Of a DNA stretch of 64,000 nt, positions 37,206 through 46,533 are shown piece by piece. The translations under genes and the position numbers were made by a program. A model generated the notes under the pieces. The model searched no databases, was not told the origin of the DNA, and saw only the letters and a program-made list of their open reading frames with translations. Each line of letters opens with the position of its first letter. Within the stretch, counting starts at the first letter, position 1. Origin of the DNA: an uncultured bacterium (GTDB lineage: Bacteria; Patescibacteriota; Saccharimonadia; Saccharimonadales; 2-12-FULL-41-12); the NCBI GenBank assembly GCA_963834265.1, contig CAWIAU010000002.1:75929-139928 (forward strand), written 5' to 3'.

Positions 37206-37658
37206 TTATACTTTTTTAATATATTTTCGCGATAACAAATTAACCAGCATTATTAAAATAGACCAAATCAGGAGAACAAACGGAAACCAAATAATCACTA
37301 AACCCCCGAAGTCCTGGCTGGAGAGACTGAAGATATAGGTAAGAATAATTAAAATACATACTACCCAACCAGATAGATTAATAATGCGTTTTATTTTCTT
37401 TACTGCCATTTCTCGATTTTGCTGGTTATCATCCAACAAACCGGCTGCTATTCTATCTTTAGCGGTAAAGAATAGCTTTGCAAGAATTAAAAATATTATT
37501 GACCAAAGTATATATGAGAGCCAATCACTCGCACTATAACACCCTGAAGATCCTCTAAAGCACTTAGTATGGAAATAAGCGCCGTAAGGGCCAAAAAGAA
37601 TAGCTAAAGCATAGATTATATGTCTGATTTTCATATTGATGCTCAAATCAGTATACAT
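37206..37658 (-). CDS. Hypothetical four-TM membrane protein
   Basis: 150-aa ORF with four hydrophobic segments. No family recognised. Confidence 0.5.
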   Translation of the reverse strand: MYTDLSINMKIRHIIYALAILFGPYGAYFHTKCFRGSSGCYSASDWLSYILWSIIFLILAKLFFTAKDRIAAGLLDDNQQNREMAVKKIKRIINLSGWVVCILIILTYIFSLSSQDFGGLVIIWFPFVLLIWSILIMLVNLLSRKYIKKV

Positions 37659-37872
37659 AAAAGAAGGTAGCTTACGGAAATCATACGACTCTTGTGTATT
37701 AAGTTTGAAAGTTATTTACACTGGACTTTGGTACCAATATTGGTATCTGTTATAATTCGGCTGGAATCTATTCAAAGATAATTTTCGAGGACAAAAAAAT
37801 AATGATTATTGATCTATTTTGGGCAAAAAGGGCGATTCTAGATCGGAAACTTTATTTTGGGATAGGTATTAG

Positions 37873-38457
37873 ATGATACGAGCCGTTTTGTTTGATTTTT
37901 ATGGTGTCTGGACAACAGATATTTTTAACAAATATATTGCCCTTGCTGAGCAACAAAGTCCGGCTATCGCGCTTGAGCTCAGGCAGGTAATGGCCAAATA
38001 CTATGTTGGTCTGGCTGACATCGATTATGTAACCAGCAGTTTCAGAGTAATACTGAATTATCCTGATATCGAAGAAGGCATCTTTAATCTGAATCCGGAA
38101 GATATATCACCAGCTGTAGTTGAGTTCATGCAGTATCTCCATGGTCACTTCCTGAAATTAGGAATACTGGCAAATGTCGGACGGCAGGAATATAATCTTC
38201 TGGGCGAGTTTAACGCGCGTCATCAGCTATTTGAAGTCATTACTACATCTCTGGATATCGGAGGTTCAGTCCTGACTAAAGAGGCTTTCATAAAGACCCT
38301 TCAGGACATAGGTGAGCCTCCGAAGTCATGTCTGATTATAACGGGTAACGACGAGTATCACAGGTTTGCAGAAAGTTACGGTATACCTGTTCTGCAATTT
38401 CAGGATTTTCCGGCTTTAAAAGTAACTTTAGCGCAGCTTATTGAAGAAAACCGGTAA
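37873..38457 (+). CDS. HAD-superfamily-like protein with degenerate motif I
   Basis: The N-terminal AVLFDFYGVW resembles HAD motif I but has Tyr in place of the second Asp. The C-terminal part ITGNDEYHRFAESYG is motif-IV-like. Confidence 0.5.
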   Translation: MIRAVLFDFYGVWTTDIFNKYIALAEQQSPAIALELRQVMAKYYVGLADIDYVTSSFRVILNYPDIEEGIFNLNPEDISPAVVEFMQYLHGHFLKLGILANVGRQEYNLLGEFNARHQLFEVITTSLDIGGSVLTKEAFIKTLQDIGEPPKSCLIITGNDEYHRFAESYGIPVLQFQDFPALKVTLAQLIEENR

Positions 38458-38466
38458 CGGTTAGTA

Positions 38467-40145
38467 CTAGCTCTGTTTAGGTGGTTCGTCGTCTTTGGAA
38501 TCCAAAGGATTTGTAAGTTTATTCTTATCGACACCCAATATTCCACTCAGCGGATCTTTCGGTATATCTTCACCAGACCCCCAACCCCCTATCTTATGAA
38601 GCGCTTGTTCGGAAGCCCGTATATTGTCTGCGGCTTGTGTATATGTTGAATGTGTAGGAAAACCTGAATTCATAGTATCGGTATTTAAATCTATACCGCC
38701 TCCTTTTATTTGCGCCTGGCCGCCGGGACCGGTGGTGATATTAATGTCGCCATTTCTTATACTTGTAGTTCCGTCAGGTCCGGTAGTGATGCTCATAGAG
38801 CCTTTAACTATGTCGAGACTACCATTGCTGATTTTAACGTGATCATTATTGGTGCTTGCTTCATTTCCGCTTCCCGTTGCAGTAACTGTACCTTCAGGAA
38901 GATTCCCTGCTCCGGTGCCATAATCAGCGGGCGGGTCATTATTCGTTTCGGAAATATCAGTGTTTGCGTAATTGTTGCCGGAAGTCTGAATATTACTCTG
39001 GTTAAAGGTTGAGCTTTCGCCCACGCTGCTGACGGACTCTCCCGGTGCGCCCTGGGTGGCTGTGCCTTCAGAGCCTGATATATTGCCGTTTGACGATTCA
39101 AAAGATGGTTTAGTAGAAGCTACATTACCTGGTGACGATTCCTCAGATACAGGAAGAGCTACCGGGGTGCTATCGGTAGTAGGAATAGATACCGGAACTG
39201 TGCTGCCAGGATGATTATTACCGGAAACAAGTACGCCGTTATGATATGTCTGGGTATCGTTATGAGTTACCGTAGAACTTTCGCCCACGCTGCTGACGGA
39301 CTCTCCCGGTGCTCCGACTGCTGACGGACTGGAAACGCTGCTATCTCCGCTTTGATTACTCACAATCTGACCGGTCGATGCGTCGGCGCCATCTGCACCG
39401 GTATTAATGACCGGTGCACCGGGGGATGATTGATTATTAATGTTTGTAGCCTGAGAATAGTTAGTGTTAGATTGCGAACCTGTACCTGGAGTGCTGGTGG
39501 ACTGGCCGGACCCCCCGGAGTTGCAGTTCCCTGACTACTACTTGTGCTCCCGGGTATCGTAATCGTGCCCGGTTGTGCAAAAGAACTCTGCGGCATGCCG
39601 GTAATCGGGTTAATAGCAGGATGCTGCGTAGCTGTAACATTATTGTTATCCGAAATCTGCGTTTGCGATTGATTAGAAGTCTGGCTTGTACCTGTGCTGC
39701 TAACGGATTGTCCGGGTGCTCCCTGTACGGCTGTGCCCTGGGTATTATTCACATTTCCGGTCATACTATCACTGTTGCTGCTTTCTACAAACGGACCTTT
39801 GGCAGAAGCCACATTGGATGCACTTTCATCAAAAGCGGGTTTTGTAGAGGGGGTATTAACGGGAGGAGAACCGGTTACCGGTGATCCGTTATTAGAAATA
39901 TAGGTATCATTTTGAGTAACTGTAGAGCTTGCGCCCGTGCTGCTATCAGACTGGCCATCGGCCCCCTGTACGGCTGCACCGACTGCTGCACCTGTTGACG
40001 AATCATCAGTATTGGAAGTTTGCGCACCGCTGCCACCAAAAACTATACTACTGCCCTTGTCAGTATTTGTTAATCCGGGAGTTACTGCCGGATCATTATT
40101 ATCGAACACTATGCTATGTTCATCTGAAGAAAGACCTTTAGCCAT
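38467..40145 (-). pseudogene. Repetitive Ser/Thr/Gly/Asn-rich protein (~559 aa if joined) split by a 1-nt frameshift in a C6/G6 tract
   Basis: ORFs 39360-40145 and 38467-39363 become one frame if the plus-strand C6 run at 39511-39516 were C7. There are four ~100-aa repeats (GAPG[EQ]SVSS.G.S.T ... TKP[AS]F[DE]ES). The C-terminal beta-rich part contains TTGPDG/TTGPGG. No signal peptide is present. Confidence 0.6.
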
Positions 40146-40258
40146 AATTAATGAATCCTTTATTTATATATATTTATTATGCAATGAATGCTTATGCTAT
40201 CACTTATTATTGCACATTATTCACTTAATCAAAATAATTATTCTGATCTTATGTGCCG

Positions 40259-42166
40259 CTATAACTGACCGGTAACTTGTAACCGGTAAGTATATTTCTC
40301 TATACCGCCCAAAGACTCTACATCAACAAGCGTCCCGTTGTCTAAAACATATATTTTATCCATAAGACTTAAAAGCGGGATACGATGTGTCACGAGTAGT
40401 ACTGTCTTGTCTCTGATAAGATTTCCTATAGAGTCACGGACCAGTTTTTCTGATTTGTCATCAAGCGCCGACGTAGGCTCGTCCATGCAAATGATCGGCG
40501 CATTTTTGAGGAGTGCCCTTGCTATAGATATACGCTGGCGCTGACCACCGCTAAGACTTGATCCTCCCTCGCCGGCTATGGAATCCATACCCAGCGGCAG
40601 TTTTTGGGTAAATTCAGAAATATTAGCAGCCTCCGCAGCCCATACAATCTCTTGTGGGCTTATCCGTCGTCCTATATCACCGTCCTGCATATTGTTCAGT
40701 ATAGAGGTAGCAAACAACTGTGGTGACTGGCTTATCCATGCAATATTACGCCTTACATCATGCAGGCTGACATTCTGTATATCCTGTCCGTCTATCAGGA
40801 TCCGCCCCGCCGTCGGTTCAAGATAAAGATCCAGTAATCGCAGGAAAGTGCTTTTTCCTGATCCACTGGGTCCTACTATGCCTATTTTCTGACCGGGCTC
40901 GATCGACAGATTAACCTGATTCAAAACGGGTTCGCCTTTGTAGGCATAAGATACATTCTGAAACTCAATTCTGCCCTGCGGCTTATGCATTGGCTTGCCC
41001 TGACGCAGATTTTCTATGCCTTCGTGGTCACTCAGTATTTCGTATACTCTGTTTACGTTTACAAGTTTCTGCCGACGTACAGTTATCTGAGATGTAATTT
41101 CCTGTATCGGACCGATCAGGTAACCCATGTAAGTCATAAAGATTAACAGTGTCCCCAGTGTAAATTCATTATTCAGGACCTCTGTGCCGCCAAAATATAT
41201 AACTGCAGAAGTTCCCATCACAACCAGTAAACCGTTGCTGAAATTAAAGAACCTACCCCATAGCAGACCCTTTCTGGCTATTTCATAATTTTCCTGCCAT
41301 AGATTCTTTAGCTTATTGACCTGACGTTCCTGTAGGGTAAATGCCTGAACAGCTTCGGTGTTATCTATTGATTCAGCAATAAGCGATGATGTTTTACTTG
41401 ATATTTCGGCAAGTGCCCGCCCAAGTCTGCCCATTATCGGACCGAATATTCGAATGGTAATAATCAGAAACGGTATAACGACCAGGGTTATAAGAGTTAA
41501 CCTGGCATTAAGATTCAGCATGATGATCAGTACGCCCGTAACGAGAATAACTGATTCGATAATTTGCGATGTAGAGTCAAGAATCAGATCGGACAGGCTG
41601 TTTGTAACTTCATTCTGGCGATATATGTAATCACCTTTTGGCAGACGATTTTCGTGGTAAAGAGGAAGATGTAAAATATGCCGGAATGATTCTTCTTTGA
41701 TCGACCGGTTGAGCCAGTAACCGACCTTAAGCAAAAAGTAATCTTTTATTAGCCCGAAAAGCGCTCCCATAATAAAGATTACGATAGTCATCAGAGAGAC
41801 AATCAGAATAAGAGTAGGAGTGTGAGTATATGGCTCCAACGGACCCGGCGCCGGTATTGATCCGAATACCGAATCGGCAAGGATCTTCACCGGCCATGGT
41901 TTGAGCAATGCTATAGCCGAAGTAATAGTCCCGAGAAATACCATCAGCGCTACTGCCGGCGCTGCCTGGCGATAATACTTTTTCAGCCATTCGCTGAAAA
42001 CGGTGGTTTTTTGCGTTCGACCATTCTCCTGCAGCCATTCTTCGATAGCCGTTCTGACCATCTGTTCAGGCCATCCGGCACGCTTAAGGCTATAGGCAAT
42101 AAAATCCATCGGAACACCTTTGGAAACACCCTCATCGATTGCCGGTTTAAGTCGTTGATCCTGCAT
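40259..42166 (-). CDS. ABC exporter, fused permease + ATPase, with extra ~65-aa N-terminal cytoplasmic domain
   Basis: 635 aa with a 6-TM exporter core, Walker A GPSGSGKST, signature LSGGQRQR and Walker B ICMDEPTSALD. The N-terminal segment MQDQRLKPAIDEGVSKGVPMDFIAYSLKRAGWPEQMVRTAIEEWLQENG precedes TM1. Confidence 0.9.
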   Translation of the reverse strand: MQDQRLKPAIDEGVSKGVPMDFIAYSLKRAGWPEQMVRTAIEEWLQENGRTQKTTVFSEWLKKYYRQAAPAVALMVFLGTITSAIALLKPWPVKILADSVFGSIPAPGPLEPYTHTPTLILIVSLMTIVIFIMGALFGLIKDYFLLKVGYWLNRSIKEESFRHILHLPLYHENRLPKGDYIYRQNEVTNSLSDLILDSTSQIIESVILVTGVLIIMLNLNARLTLITLVVIPFLIITIRIFGPIMGRLGRALAEISSKTSSLIAESIDNTEAVQAFTLQERQVNKLKNLWQENYEIARKGLLWGRFFNFSNGLLVVMGTSAVIYFGGTEVLNNEFTLGTLLIFMTYMGYLIGPIQEITSQITVRRQKLVNVNRVYEILSDHEGIENLRQGKPMHKPQGRIEFQNVSYAYKGEPVLNQVNLSIEPGQKIGIVGPSGSGKSTFLRLLDLYLEPTAGRILIDGQDIQNVSLHDVRRNIAWISQSPQLFATSILNNMQDGDIGRRISPQEIVWAAEAANISEFTQKLPLGMDSIAGEGGSSLSGGQRQRISIARALLKNAPIICMDEPTSALDDKSEKLVRDSIGNLIRDKTVLLVTHRIPLLSLMDKIYVLDNGTLVDVESLGGIEKYTYRLQVTGQL

Positions 42167-42232
42167 AAATTACTATGCTTAAGTATACTCTAAATGAACT
42201 ATAATGGGACTGGTAAACAAGGAGGTGCGCAT

Positions 42233-42613
42233 ATGTTAAAAGATTCACAGGCATTCAGCGGGTTTTCGACTAATGATATTGCCAAAACCAAAGAATTTTA
42301 TGCTCAGATTCTGGGCCTTGACGTAACCGAAGAAACCGGTGACATGTCTATGCTTACGATTAAGCTTGCGACCGGCGGCAGTGTACTGATCTATCCTAAA
42401 GACAATCACATTCCTGCCTCGTTCACTGTGCTTAATTTTCCTGTAGATAATATCGATAAGGCTGTAGACGGACTTACAGCCCGTGGGGTTGTTTTCGAAA
42501 AATACGAAGGTGAAATACAAACAGACGGAAAAGGTATATTCCGGGGCGGAGGTCCATTGATAGCCTGGTTCAAAGATCCGGCCGGAAATATCCTGTCTGT
42601 ACTTGAAATCTAA
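42233..42613 (+). CDS. VOC/glyoxalase-family protein
   Basis: AAGGAGG lies 7 nt upstream of the ATG at 42233. It shows a ~127-aa beta-alpha-beta-beta-beta pattern ([10 protein letters not shown] ... [15 protein letters not shown]). Confidence 0.75.
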   Translation: MLKDSQAFSGFSTNDIAKTKEFYAQILGLDVTEETGDMSMLTIKLATGGSVLIYPKDNHIPASFTVLNFPVDNIDKAVDGLTARGVVFEKYEGEIQTDGKGIFRGGGPLIAWFKDPAGNILSVLEI

Positions 42614-42617
42614 TAAC

Positions 42618-43427
42618 TTAAGCGGAGGTTTTGCGACGGAACAGCCATGATGCAAGAGGCACGGCAACAATCAGCATACCCAGGCACCAGCCAATTGCCA
42701 GCCAACCATAGTTACCGAGAGGCGTACCCAGCATTAACGCTCTGACGGCTTCGATTATTTGTGTGATCGGCTGATTCTCAGCAAAAGCCTTTAAGAAAAC
42801 GTTCATACCCTCTGTTGGCACAAAGGCACTACTGGCAAATGTCAGCGGAAATATGATGATAAATGTCAGCCACTGTACGGCCTCAATGCTTTTGGCCATC
42901 ATGCCAACAATAGCTGCCAGCCACGAAAAAGCCAGAGTAAATAACAATATAATAGACACGATCAAAAGCCAGTCAGTAAAGCCGGCACTCGTACGAAAAC
43001 CCATCGCCAGGCCTGTTACCAGCATAACAATGGTAGACATACTGTTCCGAAACAAATCAGATATTACATGTCCGTTTAGCACTGCCAGATTTGACATAGG
43101 TAGCGAACGGAAGCGATCAACAATCCCTTTCTGTAAATCGTTGCATACTGCAATTGCAGTAGTTGTTGAGCCAAACGCCAGAGTTTGTACGATAATACCT
43201 GCCATCAGAAAATTGAGATAGCTGACGCCGGGTGGCAAAGCTTTGGATATAGCAGGACCAAAGACCGCCGCAAACAAGACAAGAAACATAATGGGTTGGA
43301 AAAACGTACCCAGCAGCTGATCAGTATTACGAACGATATGCGTACTGCTTCGTTTGATCATTAGCAGCGAATCATTCAGAGCCAATACCGCTTTAGGCCT
43401 GGTATCAAATTCCAGTTTAACCGACAT
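42618..43427 (-). CDS. ABC-2 type transporter permease (DrrB-like)
   Basis: 269 aa with six TM helices. It abuts the upstream ATPase gene (43428). Confidence 0.85.
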   Translation of the reverse strand: MSVKLEFDTRPKAVLALNDSLLMIKRSSTHIVRNTDQLLGTFFQPIMFLVLFAAVFGPAISKALPPGVSYLNFLMAGIIVQTLAFGSTTTAIAVCNDLQKGIVDRFRSLPMSNLAVLNGHVISDLFRNSMSTIVMLVTGLAMGFRTSAGFTDWLLIVSIILLFTLAFSWLAAIVGMMAKSIEAVQWLTFIIIFPLTFASSAFVPTEGMNVFLKAFAENQPITQIIEAVRALMLGTPLGNYGWLAIGWCLGMLIVAVPLASWLFRRKTSA

Positions 43428-44420
43428 CTACTTATTCCCCTTTTTCTCTGTTTTTTTCTGTTTTCCCGTAAGTGATAAAAAAACATCATCAAGTGTTGGT
43501 TTATGAATAGCCATTGAGGCAACGGAAACATTAGCTTTTGACAGCGTATCAAGAGTCTTTCTGACATCAACGTTTGTGTCCTGAATAATCACTGTGGTCA
43601 TGAGTTCTTTTTTGTCGGTATTTATAACACCGGCACCCAATACTTTCACTGCATCTTCGAGTGCGGCATTCGTAGCAAACGTTAGCTCCAGACGATCTTT
43701 ACCAACCTTGCTCTTTAGCTGTGAAGGCGTACCGTCAGCTATAACTTTGCCCCCGTCAATCACTACGATCTTATCGGCCAGCTGATCGGCCTCATCCAGA
43801 TACTGAGTCGTCAGCAAAATAGTTGTTCCCTGCTCCATCAGATTTTTGATTATTGCCCACATGCTGAGTCGTGAACGTGGATCAAGACCCGTTGTCGGTT
43901 CATCGAGAAAAATTACAGGAGGCGTGGCAATCAGGCTGACCGCAAGATCAAGTCGGCGCCTCATACCACCGGAATAAGTTTTGGCCGGACGCTCTGCTGC
44001 TTTGACCAAATCAAACTCTTCCAGTAGCTCCTGTGCGCGGTTTCCGGCACTCTGATGGGTAAGGCGATACAACCGTCCCATCATTATCAGGTTTTCGCGC
44101 CCTGTTAGCAGCTCGTCCACGGCAGCGGTCTGCCCTGTCAGACCGATAACCCCGCGAACTTTGTCAGCCTCGCTGGTCACATCATAGCCTTCTACAGAAG
44201 CTGTACCTCCGTCAAATGTTAGCAGAGTACTAAGTATCCGGACAATGGTTGTCTTGCCCGCACCGTTCGGACCCAGTAACGCCAGCATTGTTCCGCGTCC
44301 TACATTCAAATCAATGCCTTTCAGCACATGGTTTGATCCGTATGATTTTGTAAGATCGTGGACCTCAATAACAGTATTATTATTTGTCATCTGTAATCTC
44401 CGTAAATCTGAACTTATCAT
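43428..44420 (-). CDS. ABC transporter ATP-binding protein (DrrA-like)
   Basis: Shows Walker A GPNGAGKTT, signature YSGGMRRR and Walker B IFLDEPTTGLD, plus a C-terminal regulatory extension. An alternative start is at 44390 (MTNNNT). Confidence 0.9.
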   Translation of the reverse strand: MISSDLRRLQMTNNNTVIEVHDLTKSYGSNHVLKGIDLNVGRGTMLALLGPNGAGKTTIVRILSTLLTFDGGTASVEGYDVTSEADKVRGVIGLTGQTAAVDELLTGRENLIMMGRLYRLTHQSAGNRAQELLEEFDLVKAAERPAKTYSGGMRRRLDLAVSLIATPPVIFLDEPTTGLDPRSRLSMWAIIKNLMEQGTTILLTTQYLDEADQLADKIVVIDGGKVIADGTPSQLKSKVGKDRLELTFATNAALEDAVKVLGAGVINTDKKELMTTVIIQDTNVDVRKTLDTLSKANVSVASMAIHKPTLDDVFLSLTGKQKKTEKKGNK

Positions 44421-44812
44421 ATTTTATCAACAGAGCATTGTTTTTCATATAGTCCCCTGCAAAACAAAACCTGTTTTGCTGAGGATGATTGATTAATGTG
44501 TCAAAAACTTTGATTGCCGGAAAAATCGTATCGCAGGTATGCTGAGTGCGTAAAGGAGGTTTTTGGCCGATGAGATGTAGCTCAGAATATTAGTTTTGTT
44601 TTGTGTGACATTAGATCAGAAAACAGATTATATAATAATATTTTTTACTCCCATTGCTGTCAGATTTATCACAGACAACTGCGCAGCATGTCAATTAAAC
44701 TGTGAGTGTCGATGCGAACCCGGTGGAGAGGATCAATCTTATTAAACCTCTCACTGCGCATCGACACCTGGTAAAGTAATCAGTTAACAACGGGGAAAGG
44801 AGGAGCCAACAA

Positions 44813-44992
44813 GTGCAAAAGTTTAATACAAAGGAAGCAGACAAAGTACTTATGAGATTGGACCGTAAATTCCAGCGTAAAGTGCAGTCTGAGGCAGAAC
44901 GCAGGCAAACAAGACGTATCAGCCACTCTTTTGATGATTCTCAGATCATAAACTGGGATTATATTTTTGAAGATATTTCCCGCCACCGCTGA
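44813..44992 (+). CDS. Possible 59-aa basic protein upstream of glsB-like gene
   Basis: A strong AAAGGAGG lies ~8 nt upstream of the GTG at 44813. The translation VQKFNTKEADKVLMRLDRKFQRKVQSEAERRQTRRISHSFDDSQIINWDYIFEDISRHR is preferred over the antisense 68-aa ORF. Confidence 0.4.
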   Translation: MQKFNTKEADKVLMRLDRKFQRKVQSEAERRQTRRISHSFDDSQIINWDYIFEDISRHR

Positions 44993-45039
44993 TTACAAAC
45001 TCACCCGCAGACGAATAATAACTTTAGAAAGGAAATAAC

Positions 45040-45303
45040 ATGTCAATAATTGTATGGATTATTTTTGGAGCATTAGCCGGATGGATAGCTTCAATGATCA
45101 CAGGAGATAATGCCCGTCAGGGAGCAATAGGTAATATAGTTGTCGGAATTCTGGGAGCACTATTAGGTGGCTGGCTATCTGGTTTCTTCGGAGCAAGCGG
45201 TGTTACTGGTTTCAATCTTACCAGCCTGATGATAGCCATTATAGGCGCGGTAATTCTGCTCTTCATAGCCCGTAGTTTCCGTGGTAGCTCGCATATGCGA
45301 TAA
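45040..45303 (+). CDS. GlsB/YeaQ/YmgE-family stress-response membrane protein
   Basis: 87 aa. The segment IIVWIIFGALAGWIASMI...GNIVVGILGALLGGWL is the family hallmark. Confidence 0.85.
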   Translation: MSIIVWIIFGALAGWIASMITGDNARQGAIGNIVVGILGALLGGWLSGFFGASGVTGFNLTSLMIAIIGAVILLFIARSFRGSSHMR

Positions 45304-45344
45304 AACGGTGGTGCGATAATTCTCAATAGAAAAAGATTTGATAT

Positions 45345-45380
45345 ATAATAGCCCTGTTACAAGGGCTATTATATTTTATT
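45345..45380 (+). terminator. Rho-independent terminator (ATAATAGCCCT-gttaca-AGGGCTATTAT + T-rich)
   Basis: A perfect 11-bp stem at 45345-45355 / 45362-45372 is followed by attttattt. Confidence 0.65.
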
Positions 45381-45399
45381 TCAGTATCAGATCGAATCT

Positions 45400-46512
45400 A
45401 TGAGACTTATCCTTATAAAAAAACAAACTGGTTTGCTCTTCGGTGGCTTACTTCTCATTGGTATAGTCCTGTTTTTAGTGATTGAATCACGGCCCCCGGT
45501 AACCCCTGTATTACCAGAACCTTCGCTGAAAGCCCTGGGAGCAAAACATAATATACAGATGGGTAATTTCGCTATGACCAGTATGATCGGCGAAAAACCA
45601 TATGCTGATATTCTGAGCAGTCAGTTTAATCTGGCGCTGGCTGATAATACGCCCAATTGGTACTTCACAGATGGCGGGCTCCGCCCTTCGCTTACGTCCT
45701 ATAACTACAAGCAAATGGACGAAGTTATGGCTTTTGCAGAACAGCATAAAATGGCTGTCCAGGCTCATCATTATTTATGGGGAGAAGAAAAATGGCTTCC
45801 TGACTGGCTCAAAGAAGGTAAATACTCCAAGGACCAGCTTCTGAATATTATTCACGAGCATATTCAAACGGTTGGTAATCATTACAGTGGTCGTATCCAG
45901 GAATGGACAGTCGTAAACGAAGCATTTACCCGCGACCAGCACCTCTACAATCTTCGTGACTGGTGGGCGGACAATTTAGGTAATGACCGTGAAGCCTATA
46001 TTGATCAGGCATTTATATGGGCGCGGGAGGCGGATCCGAATGCGAAGTTAATCCTGAACGACTTCAATAACGAGAGTATCAATGAAACCTCAAACAACAT
46101 GTACGCCTACATCAGAGAAGCAAAAATTCGTGGAGTGCCCATAGATGGCATAGGCATGCAAATGCATATTGACGGTAATCATCCCCCGACCAAGGACGAG
46201 GTAATAAGTAATATGAAACGCTTCGGCGAGCTGGGTGTTAGTGTCTATGTAACAGAGTTTGATGTCAACATGGATAATCTAAGAACAAACGGCATTGGTA
46301 AAGATCAGATAGAAGGCAATATATACTATGAAATGATGCGGGCCTGTATTGAATCAAAGGTCTGCCACAGCTTCTCAGTACTCGGGATTACGGACAAAGA
46401 AACCTGGTATAATCACATAGGCCTGAAAGATCCACGTCCCTTGCCTTTTGACAAAGACTATAATCCGAAACCCGCTTTCTATTCGTTACGAACAGCACTG
46501 GAACAGGATTAG
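45400..46512 (+). CDS. Glycoside hydrolase family 10 endo-1,4-beta-xylanase, membrane/signal anchored
   Basis: Has an N-terminal hydrophobic anchor. The acid/base context is WTVVNEA and the nucleophile context is VYVTEFDV, with a TIM-barrel length typical of GH10. Confidence 0.85.
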   Translation: MRLILIKKQTGLLFGGLLLIGIVLFLVIESRPPVTPVLPEPSLKALGAKHNIQMGNFAMTSMIGEKPYADILSSQFNLALADNTPNWYFTDGGLRPSLTSYNYKQMDEVMAFAEQHKMAVQAHHYLWGEEKWLPDWLKEGKYSKDQLLNIIHEHIQTVGNHYSGRIQEWTVVNEAFTRDQHLYNLRDWWADNLGNDREAYIDQAFIWAREADPNAKLILNDFNNESINETSNNMYAYIREAKIRGVPIDGIGMQMHIDGNHPPTKDEVISNMKRFGELGVSVYVTEFDVNMDNLRTNGIGKDQIEGNIYYEMMRACIESKVCHSFSVLGITDKETWYNHIGLKDPRPLPFDKDYNPKPAFYSLRTALEQD

Positions 46513-46533
46513 AACATCAGACCGGAATCTGTA

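Noticed and set aside
38467-40145. Periodic DNA repeats considered as a possible CRISPR-like or tandem-repeat array
   Set aside because: The repeats are ~265-300 bp apart, in frame, and encode a repeated peptide. There is no short repeat/spacer regularity and no cas genes.
44780-44986. 68-aa minus-strand ORF from the ORF track
   Set aside because: It has no ribosome-binding site and a junk-like translation. The opposite strand has AAAGGAGG-N8-GTG and a plausible basic protein.
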